Assembly: GCF_006345805.1 (NCBI RefSeq)
Contig: NC_043001.1
Span: 86,490,001 to 86,554,000, forward strand
Source of the DNA: Octopus sinensis
Taxonomy: Eukaryota
Direction: 5' to 3'
Length of the DNA stretch: 64,000 bases
Part shown: in pieces, positions 63,341 through 64,000 of the stretch
Position numbering within the stretch: position 1 is the first letter of the stretch
Layout of the letters: each line of letters starts with the position of its first letter
Program-made: the position numbers and the translations under genes
The notes under the pieces: generated by a model
Databases searched by the model: none
What the model was told of the DNA's origin: nothing
The model's input: the letters and a program-made list of their open reading frames with translations, nothing else

Positions 63341-64000
63341 TGAAATATGATCTTCAGATGCTAAGTCTCATGTTAAGTGATCATGACTTCTGGTGATTAA
63401 AGGCCTATGGAAAATTGATCTAACATACATACATACTGGCGATTAAGTGATCATGAATTCTGGTGATTTGCTGTACTTCAAAAGACAGGTCAAGCTAAGT
63501 GAAATTGTAATAGTGGCCAGTGCTGGTGACATGTAAAAGGCATCCATGTCAGTGACATGTAAAAAGCACCTGTGTTGGTGACATGTAAAAGATACCCAGT
63601 GCACTTTGTAGAGTGCTTAGCATTAGGAAGAGCATCCAGCCATAGAAACCAGGCCCAAAGAGACTAAAGCCTGGTGCAGCTCTCCAGCTTACCATCTCCA
63701 GTCAAACCATCTTACCCATGCCAGCATGGCAAATGTACACTAAATGATGATGTTGAGGACAATGAGGATGAAAGCTGCTAATATTGTTTCATGAAAGCTT
63801 TCCAGATTCTTGATATATTTGATGAATATAACTCATGCCTCTCACTCATACAGGAGAGTGAAAACTGATAACTACAAGGAGAAATGCAAAGAATAACATC
63901 ATGGCCACTTCACCATTTTTTATTTGGTTTTTTTTGTGGATTTGTTAAAGACACTTGACACTGGAAACAGGGAATTCCAGTAGCAAGTCCTCAGAAAATT

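Overview
AT-rich, microsatellite-dense animal genomic DNA. The repeat landscape (several tRNA-derived SINE families, Penelope-like elements, RTE/CR1/R4 LINE remnants, mariners) looks like an octopus/coleoid cephalopod genome; this is inferred from recalled repeat sequences, not from a search. One host gene is clearly supported: a + strand inter-alpha-trypsin inhibitor heavy chain (ITIH)-like gene. I traced 12 phase-consistent GT-AG exons from 17096 to a stop at 52096 (2421 nt, 806 aa): VIT domain, vWA domain with intact MIDAS, linker, and a divergent C-terminal domain. Its signal-peptide exon is unresolved (candidate 5978-6018 plus a micro-exon). The rest is transposon debris and simple repeats. 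The most interesting signals are: (1) five minimal hammerhead-ribozyme-type motifs from about four sequence families, one of them inside a tRNA-headed SINE-like element with a Penelope-style inverted 5' duplication; (2) the traced ITIH exons lack the GDPH cleavage motif but carry a furin-type RKRR; (3) a young Tx1-like LINE embedded in a (TATC)n array; (4) a recurrent identical SINE multimer junction. No prokaryotic systems, CRISPR arrays, rRNA or genuine tRNA genes were seen. Repeat boundaries are approximate, and TE family assignments come from manual motif recognition.
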